A program made the translations under genes and the position numbers. DNA of 63,841 nt, the filler included, from Octopus bimaculoides (lineage: Eukaryota): assembly GCF_001194135.2 (NCBI RefSeq). It is 6 parts of 6 records of this genome, joined end to end, with 100 filler letters (N's around TTAATTAATTAA, not from the genome) between each part and the next. Parts side by side here need not be neighbours in the genome. Positions count along the whole stretch, not along the records: positions 60,760 to 63,841 come from NC_068982.1; 5 more parts are not named here. The stretch is one strand, 5' to 3'. The notes beneath the pieces were generated by a model. It saw only the letters and a program-made list of their open reading frames with translations, was not told where the DNA came from and did not search any database. Positions 62,301 to 63,841 of this stretch are shown here, piece after piece (position 1 is the first letter of the stretch; each line of letters opens with the position of its first letter).

Positions 62301-63841
62301 GTTTTACACCTATTAGACTAACTTTTTAAAAGTTTTGTCATCGGGTCAAACGCTTTAGTTTGACCGAGTTAAATCATTAGGATTAATAAACTTTACTCTT
62401 TGAAGGGACAAAAGGAAGAACTTTCGAAAACTTTAAGTGACCAAAACTTAATTAAAGATTTTCAGTGATTTTGATCTTTAGTACCCATGTGACAACTCCA
62501 GATATATTTCAGTATTTTCAGAAGTCCCCATTAGAGCACAGTCAACTCCTAGCTGCCAAAATCCAAGAATGATTAATATACAAAGTTTTATTTGTGAAAA
62601 TAATTCAGTGATTAGGAAAATCAAAACAAAATTATTTTTAAACATTTCTCCAAAGTGTCTTCTCCATGAAGAATATATAGTTAAGTGTCGGCCACAATAT
62701 TTAATGCCAAAACTAGTTTTAATCAGATGAAATTATAGCTGTAATGAGAACAAAATCCATTAGCATGAATAAAAATGTCTCTTAAACGTGATCACTAATG
62801 ATTAGTGAACTTTAACAAGGGACTTGAACTATTGTATAGGAAGAAGTTTAGTCAGAAATAGAAACAGCCAACATACCCAATTCGTTGGTATTTAAGTAAA
62901 TTTATACTAGGTAGGCTTTTGTGGAGTAATATATTCCACATCTCTTTATGCCTTAGTAGTTAATAATTATACACATTATATTAAGTCACACTGTTTGTCA
63001 CATAGCAAGATATCTTTATGGAATGTCTTACAGTATAGTAAAATATCTATCTAGCAGGTGTTGATGTGGGATAATGTTTAATGTGAGATAAACTGTTTCA
63101 CATCAGCACATCACATGTAACTTGTAAAAATTTTCTTTCTTTCTTGTTTTCAAGTCTGAGAAGTGGAACTGCTTCTTGTTGCTTGTTCCTAGCCTCTAGC
63201 AAGAATTGAACTCCTCACTGCAAGCTTATCAAAATGCTTGTTGATTAAGTAATGTTCCTTTTTATTTGTAATGTTGTAACTAAGCATGCACCAACTTACA
63301 GCTAGGAAAACTGAAATAGTGAAAGTTGAGTATTGACTACGATTGACACAACACCACAACATAATGTAGTTATTGAAATTTAAGTTTCAACTGGTAATCA
63401 AACACCCTAGTTAATATGGCTCATTGTCCCATGCAATTAATTTATTATTAGTTATTTAGATTTTATTAAAATATAAAATACTGTTTGAAATGAAGACATC
63501 TAATTGTTTCACTTTTTAATATATCTTATGATAAAATAAACCTTTTCTGTTTTCTATTCCAATAAATAACTGTCTTATTTTACAACATAAATAGTTGATG
63601 CACATTTTTTATGAAATAAAATACATGAAATGAATTATTATTTATCAACATCTGATCTGAAATTTATGCAAGAAAGCTTTCATGTATTGTATATCTTAAG
63701 TCCTGCAGCATGGACAACAATATTTTGTCTACAAAACCAACTGGCTATTATGTATTTCTTCCTTCAGTTCTAGAGAGGTTATCCACCTTCAACCATTTGA
63801 ATCTGATGAGTCACCTATATTGCTAAGTGCTTTATAGGTTT

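Overview
AT-rich, microsatellite-saturated animal (non-prokaryotic) genomic DNA from a gappy draft assembly, with many N runs and five artificial 100-bp spacers (N44-TTAATTAATTAA-N44). The repeat content suggests a cephalopod, probably Octopus; this is an inference from recollection, not a database result. No intact protein-coding gene is supportable: nearly all long ORFs in the supplied track are read-through of microsatellites or Ns. The window is a graveyard of mobile elements. It holds dozens of tRNA-derived SINE copies in several modular families, a near-full-length mariner pseudogene (36.6-37.9 kb) abutting a Helitron-like element, and a Tc1/mariner N-terminal fragment. It also holds a hAT transposase pseudogene, three Penelope-like GIY-YIG remnants, an RTE LINE 3' end, a Mag-clade Ty3/Gypsy remnant with a tRNA-Ser primer-binding site, two R4/Dong-like RLE retrotransposons ending in different microsatellites, and MITE-like inverted-repeat elements. 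The most interesting signal is a set of minimal hammerhead-ribozyme-like motifs. One sits inside a tRNA-headed SINE at 9.5-9.8 kb, whose head is folded back into a 31-bp hairpin. Others lie at the 3' end of a Penelope element (44.7 kb) and in an unclassified repeat (38.0 and 63.8 kb). All copies seen here carry mutations, so activity is not claimed. A possible host promoter or first exon lies at about 61.8-62.3 kb.
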